This document shows, in pieces, positions 57,301 to 64,000 of a stretch of DNA of 64,000 nt. Origin of the DNA: Candidatus Freyarchaeum deiterrae (lineage in GTDB: Archaea; Asgardarchaeota; Jordiarchaeia; Jordiarchaeales; Jordiarchaeaceae); the NCBI GenBank assembly GCA_037305845.1, contig CP147778.1:3456001-3520000 (forward strand), written 5' to 3'. Both the position numbers and the translations under genes were made by a program. Under the pieces are notes generated by a model. The model had not been told where the DNA came from, ran no database searches, and worked only from the letters and a program-made list of their open reading frames with translations. Every line of letters starts with the position of its first letter. Position 1 is the stretch's first letter.

Positions 57301-58517
57301 TCCAGGTGGAGACGGTGACTATCACCTCACCATCCGAGGGAGCCATACTAACCAACGCCGATGTCCTCTTAGCATGGACTAGCAGCGACAACACGGGCGT
57401 AGACCACTACGCGGTCAGAATCGACGGCGGAAACTGGACCAGTGTGGGTACGAGTCTCAGCTACAATTTCTTCGGTCTCTCAGACGGCTCTCACACCGTT
57501 GATGTGAGGGTCTTCGACCTTGCGGGTAACAACGCCACCACATCTGTGTCATTCTTCGTGGACACTACTCCGCCATCTGTGACTATCACCTCACCTACTG
57601 CGAATGAGCTGTTTAATACCACCAGTGTTACAGTGAACTGGACTGGCAGCGACGACACCGGCATAGACCACTACGAGGTTATACTTGACAGCGGTTCCTG
57701 GACTAGTGTGGGGACGAGTCTCAGCCACGTGTTCAGTGTTTCCAACGGTACTCACACCGCGTACGTTAGGGCCTTCGACCTTGTGGGTAACAGCGTCACC
57801 GGCTCTGTTTCCTTCAATGTGGACACTACTCCGCCAACTGTGACTATCACCTCACCCTCCGGGGGAGCAGTACTTCCCACCAATGTTACAGTGAACTGGA
57901 CTGGCAGCGACGACACCAGCATAGCCTACTTTGAGGCTAGGATTGACGGAAATATCTGGGTTAATGTATCCACGAGTCTCAGCCACACCTTCACCGGTGT
58001 CTCAAACGGTTCTCACACCGTTGATGTTTTAGCTTTCGACCTTGCGGGTAACAACGCCACCGGCTCTGTTTCCTTCAACGTGGACACTACTCCGCCATCT
58101 GTGACTATCACCTCACCTACTGCGAATGCGATGTTTAATACCACCAGTGTTACAGTGAACTGGACTGGCAGCGATGATACCGGCATAGACCACTACGAGG
58201 CCAGGATTGACAGCGGCTCCTGGGGCAACATGGGAACTAACACCAGCTACGTGTTCAGCAGCTTGTCCGACGGTCTTCACACAATTGATGTTATGGCCTT
58301 CGACCTTGCGGGTAACAACGCCACAGCTTCTGTATCCTTTACCGTGGCTTCCGTGCAACCAGGACAATCTCAGACAATGCTCCTGGCTCTCCTGTCGTTG
58401 GCTGGAACGCAGGGAGGAGGAACCAGTCCTCTGGTCTACGTTGCTATCATAGGTGTCGTGGGTGTGGGTGTAGTGGCTGCTGGTTTGTTCTACTACTTCC
58501 GCAGAGTGAACGCTTAA
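54330..58517 (+). CDS. Surface protein: two NosD/CASH beta-helix regions, 4 Ig-like domains, C-terminal TM anchor
   Basis: GNYWSDY...GDTPY...DNYPL NosD cap, PbH1 repeats, four VTITSP...DLAGN/DLVGN domains, TM followed by YYFRRVNA. Confidence 0.9.
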   Translation: MKTMKIIRGNKKVLKIAAVLAAVLLTATIITAATAIQNQNQNTIPLINAYLMGFSPSPNNAIILPKMDVNSNITLNGGVYTETINVLASNIVIDGNGSTVQGFYPFGFGFNLNGRSYVTIYNVTVTGWDCGFYLYNSFNNNLTNNNANSTSTGFYLQSSSNNILSGNTANNNGYGFYLDSSSYNNLTNNTANNNTYDGFYLGGSSNNNILSGNNANNNNYYGFYLGGSNNNFIYQNDFENNTYNAVSDSSTNFWNSPSEITYVYNDKICTSYLGNYWSDYTGSDTNGDDIGDTPYIITGGAQDNYPLMQPFQNYLIPIYVWNDYTFTGDLVNQPVIVNGSNIVINGNGYTIQGPGVGVGCGFNLNGVTNVTIENITVTGWQYGFYLDSSSNNTLTGNTANNNTNTGFYLSYSSYNNLSSNTANNNYYYGFYLDHSSYNTLSGNTANNVTLYVGFFLYYSSYNTLSGNTADSNTYYGFYLYGSSYNTLSGNTANYNYYGFYLDGISNNNTLSGNIANSNNYRGFYLWWSSYNTLSGNTADSNTYYGFDLYISSNNDLSGNTANYNYYGFRLDSISDNNNLSNNTADNNPGVGFYLYSSNYNNLSGNTAYGNGDGFYLDRGSSSNNLSNNTATNNNYGFALCDSSNNNNLSGNTADSNTYENGIYGDGFCLNSSSYNILSDNTANKNGFGFHLNPGSNYNTLSDNNATNNWQAGFWLYSSSNNNLSGNIATNNHQGFTLADSSNNILLGNTANKNSIGFYLASSYNTLSGNTANNNDQGFYIIYGSYNTLSGNTANNNDVAGYYPWSSDGFFLWYSPYNNLSNNTANYNKCGFYLAYSSYNTLSGNTATNNTYHGFYLDYSSDNNILSGNTALNCNTGYYWSSDSSNNDFTGSVWANYLCVNITDPLGLPIPGAEINVETDGTPVYATPHFGGLNDTTDSNGLTPWIIVTYETGTGIDQMTLNTTNVTVYYAQLPFSNNSRTVSMSASHVETFQVETVTITSPSEGAILTNADVLLAWTSSDNTGVDHYAVRIDGGNWTSVGTSLSYNFFGLSDGSHTVDVRVFDLAGNNATTSVSFFVDTTPPSVTITSPTANELFNTTSVTVNWTGSDDTGIDHYEVILDSGSWTSVGTSLSHVFSVSNGTHTAYVRAFDLVGNSVTGSVSFNVDTTPPTVTITSPSGGAVLPTNVTVNWTGSDDTSIAYFEARIDGNIWVNVSTSLSHTFTGVSNGSHTVDVLAFDLAGNNATGSVSFNVDTTPPSVTITSPTANAMFNTTSVTVNWTGSDDTGIDHYEARIDSGSWGNMGTNTSYVFSSLSDGLHTIDVMAFDLAGNNATASVSFTVASVQPGQSQTMLLALLSLAGTQGGGTSPLVYVAIIGVVGVGVVAAGLFYYFRRVNA

Positions 58518-58585
58518 AATAGGGCTAGATACCTCCTGACCGATTGTTCGGGAGTCTACTCTCAACCCTCCTTTTTTTGTTTTAG
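58518..58585 (+). terminator. Conserved 3' hairpin plus T-tract, copy 3
   Basis: TAGA..CTCCTGA-CCGATTGT-TCGGGAG-TCTA followed by TTTTTTGTTTT. Confidence 0.6.
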
Positions 58586-58846
58586 ATATTGGTTTCGAAT
58601 GCGACACTAGAAAATTCAGGTTAGGTTATGCAGTTTGTGAGTGGGCTTTTTTGGATTCTGTTTCTGGTTTGCTTATTGTCTTATTTTGGTGTTTATTTTA
58701 TTTGATTTGCTGGGCTGGAAATAATTGTGTTTTTTTGTTTGTTTTTCGTATTACGTGGATGTTAGCATAATTTAAATATTTTAAAGATTAAATGATTGTT
58801 TAGGTAGTACGGGTCAATTTCCAGTGGAACTTTTGGTGAAAAAACA

Positions 58847-59629
58847 ATGTACGGTATAACGGTAAAAAATTTGGGAAAAGTGCCCAAAAAAGTCAATCAC
58901 CCGATATGCATACAGGGTCTCCCTGACATAAGCAACGTGGGAACAGAGGCCGTAAAGCAGCTAGTGGAAAGACTCGAAGCCAAAAAGGTTATGGAGCTGG
59001 GGTTTAACGACCTCCCACCCATAATCATAATTAACGATGGAATCCCACACCTTCCAGTCATCCAGATACATTTCTGGAAGGATCCACAAAACAAGCAGGA
59101 CATATTTTTCGTTTCAGGCGACGACCAACCGTTGAGCTCCAGGGGAATCTACACCATCTCACAATATCTGGCGGAGCTCATGTCGAAAAATGATGTGCAG
59201 CTTATAGTAACCCTCGGCGCATACCTAGTTGAAACTTCCAGCAGAAACGATCCAGTAAAAATATACGTAGCCGCCACTCACAAGGAAAACGAACACTTGG
59301 AAAAACTCCTCAGCCTGCCCCACGCCAAACCCATGACTGAGGGAGAAATACTCGGAGCAAACGGCATGGTACCAACACTAGCAAAACAGAAATTCAACAT
59401 AGACGGAGCAATAATTCTATCCGAAACCAGTGCACAAATCGCCTCAACAGGAACCAACGATCCCAACGCCACAACGGCACTGGTTGAAACCATGAAAAAA
59501 TACTTCAACCTTCCACTAAACGGCACCCCCACAAAAACCACGAAACACTCACCACCAACCAATGAAGACAAAAAGCCCCCAAAAGTAGAACTTCCAGAAA
59601 CATACAACCAAAGCAGCTACATAGGCTGA
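58847..59629 (+). CDS. PAC2-family (proteasome assembly chaperone-like) protein
   Basis: IQGLPDISNVG, SGDDQP, IVTLGAY, GEILGANG, LSET...DP; C-terminal SYIG tail. Confidence 0.85.
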   Translation: MYGITVKNLGKVPKKVNHPICIQGLPDISNVGTEAVKQLVERLEAKKVMELGFNDLPPIIIINDGIPHLPVIQIHFWKDPQNKQDIFFVSGDDQPLSSRGIYTISQYLAELMSKNDVQLIVTLGAYLVETSSRNDPVKIYVAATHKENEHLEKLLSLPHAKPMTEGEILGANGMVPTLAKQKFNIDGAIILSETSAQIASTGTNDPNATTALVETMKKYFNLPLNGTPTKTTKHSPPTNEDKKPPKVELPETYNQSSYIG

Positions 59630-59924
59630 CCCCCCCTCAACAATACACCACCAATAACAACAACAATAACAACAATTAAAAATCACCACAAAGCAAAGCA
59701 TTCGGGGGGTTCCCAATTTTTAATTTTTCCAAATCAAACAAGGATAAAACACATGCTCATTCTATATTATACTTATGATTTCGAATCCTTTTTGATAAAC
59801 CATTACTTTTTAGTGAAACCAACTTAAAGAACTTAATCGCGTACCTTTTATTCTCTGAAGGCGTCCTATTACTATTAATATGATATCATATTATTGAATG
59901 TGTTAATAATAATGAGGCTTTAAA

Positions 59925-60119
59925 ATGAAGGATGAAACTGGTAAAAAGAAATCTGACCCGGAGAATCGAATAAGAAATGTTACCCTCTGGAGATGCACAA
60001 ACTGTGGGGGGCTCAACAGGACGGAAGAGCAACCAGAAGTATGTGAACTCTGTGGAGAGGGAAAAACATTCGAAAAAATGAAACTAAAAATCAAAACAAG
60101 TCCAACTCAAGACACTTAA
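59925..60119 (+). CDS. Small rubredoxin-like zinc-ribbon protein
   Basis: WRCTNCG...PEVCELCG...FEK. Confidence 0.7.
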   Translation: MKDETGKKKSDPENRIRNVTLWRCTNCGGLNRTEEQPEVCELCGEGKTFEKMKLKIKTSPTQDT

Positions 60120-60167
60120 AAAAAAGTAAAAAAGAAGAAAATATTGTAGGATTTAACTCAAAACATT

Positions 60168-63100
60168 TTAGGAAATTCTCTTCATGGATTTAGGTTCTTT
60201 CTTTCTCTTACCCTTACTCTCAGTTTCTGACGATGCGTCGGATTCTTCGGAATCTTGTTCTCCGCTTTCTTCTTCTGCTGCTGCTGTTGCTGCTGTTGTT
60301 GGTGCAATGCCTTCTTTGTCGCCTGAAGTTTCTTTTGGGCTTTCGACTTTTTCTGGTTCGGCTATTTTCTCTGGTTCTGGTTGTTTCAGTACTTCCCATT
60401 CTTGTTCTGTCTTTATTTCTGCTTTTTCTGGTTCTGGCGTCTTAGGTTCTTCCACTACTGTGGGTGTTTCCGCTTTTGGTTTCTCTGGTTCTTGTTCTTT
60501 AAGCCATTCATCCGGAATATTTAGTTCTGTTTCTTTTGTTTCCGATTTTTCCAGTTCTTTCGATAGTTCTGTTTCAACTTCCTCTGGTTCCGGCTCGGTT
60601 TCTTCCGCTTCTTCTGGTTTTTCTGTTCTGGCTTTCTTGGGTTTCTTTATTGGTTTCTTGAGTATTTCTTGTCTTTCTTCTGCTTCATCTATGGTTTGTA
60701 AGACTTTGGCGCTGATTTCTCCTGGCACGTTTACTGATTCTAGGAGTTTTTCGCGTTCACGTGGGGCAGCGGTCTTCAGCTCTACGGCTAGTGCGTAGGC
60801 TTCTTCTTTTTTCATTCCGGATTCTATGAGCAGTGGTAGGATGCGGTCTGCCAGTTCCATTGGGATGTATTGATCCGCTTTGGGCTCTAATCCCAGAGGG
60901 GCTAGTTCTTCACTGCGAATGTTGGTTACCACTATTTCTCTTGGTACCAGTTTAACTTCTAACTTTTCTCCACGGGTAATTTGGGCTATTAGTTCGTCGA
61001 TTCTCTTTATGATAGCGGGTATCGTTGCTCTCTTGATGAGGGCGTAGCCAGTGAACAAGGCGACGGGTATGGCTACGGCTGCTAAAGTTAGTAGGAATGT
61101 CGATACTGGAACTCTGGTGCTCGGGGTTAATGCGATCGATTTCTCCTTAATTGACACCATGAATGATATCTGCTGAGGTTCGTAGTTTGTAGCCTGAATC
61201 AGAATGGTAATCGGTATCGATGAGGGTGGCAGCCCGAAAGTTGGAACTAGAACTAAGTAGTTACCACCACCCAATTGTGAAGCACTGATCTGCTGTGTAC
61301 CTACGCTACCTGCGCCACTTGCTCCGCCGAAAACTGGTAACCCACCGGTAACCGTTACGGTTGCGTTGGGTACTGGATTTCCATTACGATCCACGTATGT
61401 AAATGAGAGGGGGGCAAAAGTCCACGAGTTTTCAATCTGAACCAAGGGGCCTGCGAAGAGATACTCTGAGGATCCGAATATTTCCGGAATAAGAGTTGCG
61501 GATGTGAATGTAGTGGGGGTTCCTTTGAGATTTAGGGTCAAATACTGGTATTGAGCAGTATAGTTGGTAAGTACCGCCTGTATTACAACGGTGTATACTC
61601 CAGATTTGAGTGTCCCGTTGGTTATTTGTCCAGAGTAGTTACCTACATTAAGGGGATCATTTAAAGCTCCGTGTATAGTAGTGTTTTCTCTTATACCCCA
61701 AGTCACGCTGGCACCTAGAACGGGGAAGCCTTGACCGGCGCGTTGGAATAGAGCGGACATGCTAATATTCTGGTCGAAAAATCCTTCAAGGCTGGTATTT
61801 GCAACTGTGAGAATGGTTGAAACGCTGCTGATAGTGAGATATATTGAGACGCTGGGTATCGAGTAATTCGCTTTGGTAGCACTTACCTGGATTATATATT
61901 GACCAGGCGTTAAATCACTCAAAGTGCCACTGGGAACCTTGAAAGCCCCAAATCCTTGATCCGTCATAGGCTCGTTTATGTGAGTTGTTCCAGGAATTGT
62001 TGAAAGCACTGTAAACGGAAACTCTGGGTCATTTAACACGGGTTGGTAGTGATGTGTTTCAGTATAGTTAACAGTGACAGGGAGTAAATCAAGATTCGGA
62101 GCCCATTCGATAGTCCAACTGGATATAAACGTAGGAATAACATTAATTTTGTTTAGCAGCAGAAATATTGCGATAGGCGACGGATTCTGATTATTTACAA
62201 CATCACTGGGTATTGCGAACACGGTTATGGTGTAGCTTGTATTACCCGAAAGTCCCACTAAAGTAGTGTTGAAATTAGCATTGTATAAACCCGTAGTTCC
62301 CGTGCTGGTCATGTTGATACTGCGGTTGAATCCATTAGAATCAGAAATATTGAAGCCTATCAACTGCGCATCTATGCCGATACCAGTAATACTGTTATTA
62401 AACCAAACATTGAAGCTTACATTGTCCGACCAAAACATGCCAAGTATTTGGGTTCCATTTACGCATTGCAGGTAGGTTGGTTTAGCGGTAAGGCTGAAGC
62501 TCAAATGAATCTGTAACGCTAGGGGCCCGGTCATATTTATGGGCTGGCTGACATTTAGTCCAGTTGTTTTGTTGACAATATTTTGGATACCATAGGGTGT
62601 CCCACCGGCAGTTACGTTTATGTTTAACTGTTGGTTTGCCCAAGCGTAGAATGAACAGTTTGCGAAGTATCGGTTAACATCCTGTGAGATAGGGGTGTAT
62701 AACACATTTGTGTAATTTAATGTCACGTTTGCATTCTGGACTAGGTTGGTAGTACTGTCATAGACTTCGAGGTAAATGCTAGTGATATTCATAGCTATGG
62801 TAATGCTGGTTATGGGTGCTGTGAAGTTATCTTGGGTATTCCATCTTATGGCTTGACTTGAATAGTTCCAGTAAGAGGGGGTTGGGTTTACGTATGCCTG
62901 TATCCCGTACTGGCTTGAGTTAGAGCTCTCGTATAGTGGGAAAGAGATTTGTCCCAGGGAGTTTGTGAGTCCTGATGTGTTGTATCCTGTTGGGGCTCCT
63001 GAATTATAGTCATTATAGACTGTTACATTTACTCCAAGTATGGGATTTCCGAAGTTGTCGGTAACGTTAACCTGTAGTGGGAAGATTTTCCTAATCTCGT

Positions 63101-64000
63101 TGCCAGAAACGCATGTCACATTGTGGTTCACTTGATTCCAAGTGTTTGCCGCTTGGCTGACTCCTCCAGTCAGACCCACGATGTAGTATTGGAAGGGTAT
63201 CTGTATGAAATGTTCACCGGAGTTTCTCATGTCGTTTCTGACACCGAAGGATGAGACTCCACTGTCAAAACCCGTGCCGTACTCCATACTAGTACTATTT
63301 GCTGTGTCTCTCGGCCACTGTGAAGAGCCGAGAAAACCTAAACCGATCCCATCGTTACGTACCAGAGCCATGTAGTTCTGAGGCTGTGTTCCCGCTTTAG
63401 CCTCGACAAAAGGAATGCTCGTGGCTATTCCGAGATTGTTATTGTCCACGTAGAAATTCCACGAACTATCTACAGATGTAACCGCAAAATCGTATATTGG
63501 AACAGCGTTAGAGTTTATACTGAAGGGAGTACAGTTCTGGATCTGAATTGCAACTATGCCTGTGTAAGCGTAGAAGGTGTAAGTCTTGTTCATTGGCCCA
63601 TAGCTTCCTCCAACTGTGAAGATATCTGTGCTGGTCTTGCTAATCGTGACAATAGCTCTTATGGGTCCGTTTTCAATGACATTGATAGTCCAATTGAGTG
63701 TATTGCCCAAGCCAAACCGTCCGTTATCATCAGCATCTATACGGTCTATTCCTTTGTGCACTCCACTCGTTGGGATGGTTTCAACTCCGTTTATCTGGAA
63801 CGATTGGAATGACGCGTCATTATCGTATGTTAAATCAGCTGAGTAAGACTGATAGTAGCCACTTATTACACCTGTACTAAAACTGAAAGTACTACTACTA
63901 GTTACGGTGATGCTGAGGTTGCTTGGTTCTGGCTCAGGTGCTCCAAAGGTACTATTATAGTAGAGGTAGTATGTTGACGTTCCACTCTTTGTTACATTAA
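60168..64000 (-). CDS. Large membrane-anchored surface glycoprotein with cytoplasmic helical domain and acidic tail (5'-partial)
   Basis: Frame stays open from 63761 to the window edge (NVTKSGTSTYYLYYN...); many N-x-S/T sequons and beta-rich repeats; one TM (FLLTLAAVAIPVALFTGYALI), then a Glu/Pro/Lys-rich tail. Confidence 0.85.
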   Translation of the reverse strand, partial: NVTKSGTSTYYLYYNSTFGAPEPEPSNLSITVTSSSTFSFSTGVISGYYQSYSADLTYDNDASFQSFQINGVETIPTSGVHKGIDRIDADDNGRFGLGNTLNWTINVIENGPIRAIVTISKTSTDIFTVGGSYGPMNKTYTFYAYTGIVAIQIQNCTPFSINSNAVPIYDFAVTSVDSSWNFYVDNNNLGIATSIPFVEAKAGTQPQNYMALVRNDGIGLGFLGSSQWPRDTANSTSMEYGTGFDSGVSSFGVRNDMRNSGEHFIQIPFQYYIVGLTGGVSQAANTWNQVNHNVTCVSGNEIRKIFPLQVNVTDNFGNPILGVNVTVYNDYNSGAPTGYNTSGLTNSLGQISFPLYESSNSSQYGIQAYVNPTPSYWNYSSQAIRWNTQDNFTAPITSITIAMNITSIYLEVYDSTTNLVQNANVTLNYTNVLYTPISQDVNRYFANCSFYAWANQQLNINVTAGGTPYGIQNIVNKTTGLNVSQPINMTGPLALQIHLSFSLTAKPTYLQCVNGTQILGMFWSDNVSFNVWFNNSITGIGIDAQLIGFNISDSNGFNRSINMTSTGTTGLYNANFNTTLVGLSGNTSYTITVFAIPSDVVNNQNPSPIAIFLLLNKINVIPTFISSWTIEWAPNLDLLPVTVNYTETHHYQPVLNDPEFPFTVLSTIPGTTHINEPMTDQGFGAFKVPSGTLSDLTPGQYIIQVSATKANYSIPSVSIYLTISSVSTILTVANTSLEGFFDQNISMSALFQRAGQGFPVLGASVTWGIRENTTIHGALNDPLNVGNYSGQITNGTLKSGVYTVVIQAVLTNYTAQYQYLTLNLKGTPTTFTSATLIPEIFGSSEYLFAGPLVQIENSWTFAPLSFTYVDRNGNPVPNATVTVTGGLPVFGGASGAGSVGTQQISASQLGGGNYLVLVPTFGLPPSSIPITILIQATNYEPQQISFMVSIKEKSIALTPSTRVPVSTFLLTLAAVAIPVALFTGYALIKRATIPAIIKRIDELIAQITRGEKLEVKLVPREIVVTNIRSEELAPLGLEPKADQYIPMELADRILPLLIESGMKKEEAYALAVELKTAAPREREKLLESVNVPGEISAKVLQTIDEAEERQEILKKPIKKPKKARTEKPEEAEETEPEPEEVETELSKELEKSETKETELNIPDEWLKEQEPEKPKAETPTVVEEPKTPEPEKAEIKTEQEWEVLKQPEPEKIAEPEKVESPKETSGDKEGIAPTTAATAAAEEESGEQDSEESDASSETESKGKRKKEPKSMKRIS

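Noticed and set aside
46821-58517. Diversity-generating retroelement suggested by AAC-rich repeats
   Set aside because: No reverse transcriptase and no template/variable pair differing only at adenines; AAC reflects Asn ladders of the beta-helix.
60184-60798. 204-aa Ser-rich ORF on the + strand
   Set aside because: Antisense shadow of the Glu/Lys-rich tail of the large surface protein.

Overview
Archaeal chromosomal window. Evidence: archaeal-type PEP carboxylase ppcA, a PAC2 proteasome chaperone, an archaeal protein-disulfide oxidoreductase, AF2212/PIN and HEPN-MNT toxin-antitoxin pairs, TATA-like promoters. Gene style suggests an Asgard lineage such as Freyarchaeia/Jordarchaeia, but that is inference. 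No rRNA, tRNA or CRISPR array was found. The content is mostly accessory: redox/stress enzymes, many paralogous membrane proteins, TA modules, three tandem beta-helix (NosD/CASH) surface-protein genes and a large membrane-anchored protein running off the right edge. Best leads: (1) a ~6.5 kb tyrosine-recombinase segment (17721-24254) bounded by two nested pairs of long inverted repeats, the outer right arm ending 10 bp before a sugar-kinase start codon; (2) a tandemly duplicated two-gene module of a Roadblock-like small protein plus a 7-TM membrane protein; (3) a GC-rich structured non-coding element upstream of a ferritin-like gene, and structured 5' leaders and 3' hairpins conserved around the three beta-helix genes; (4) a PD-(D/E)xK nuclease + unknown alpha/beta protein + SocA-like candidate defence locus; (5) a lipid A acyltransferase-like gene; (6) an ECF-S / TiaS-N-like / molybdopterin-fold cluster. 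Several small genes and pseudogenes absent from the ORF track were found by manual translation. All family calls come from motif recognition by eye; no database search was run.
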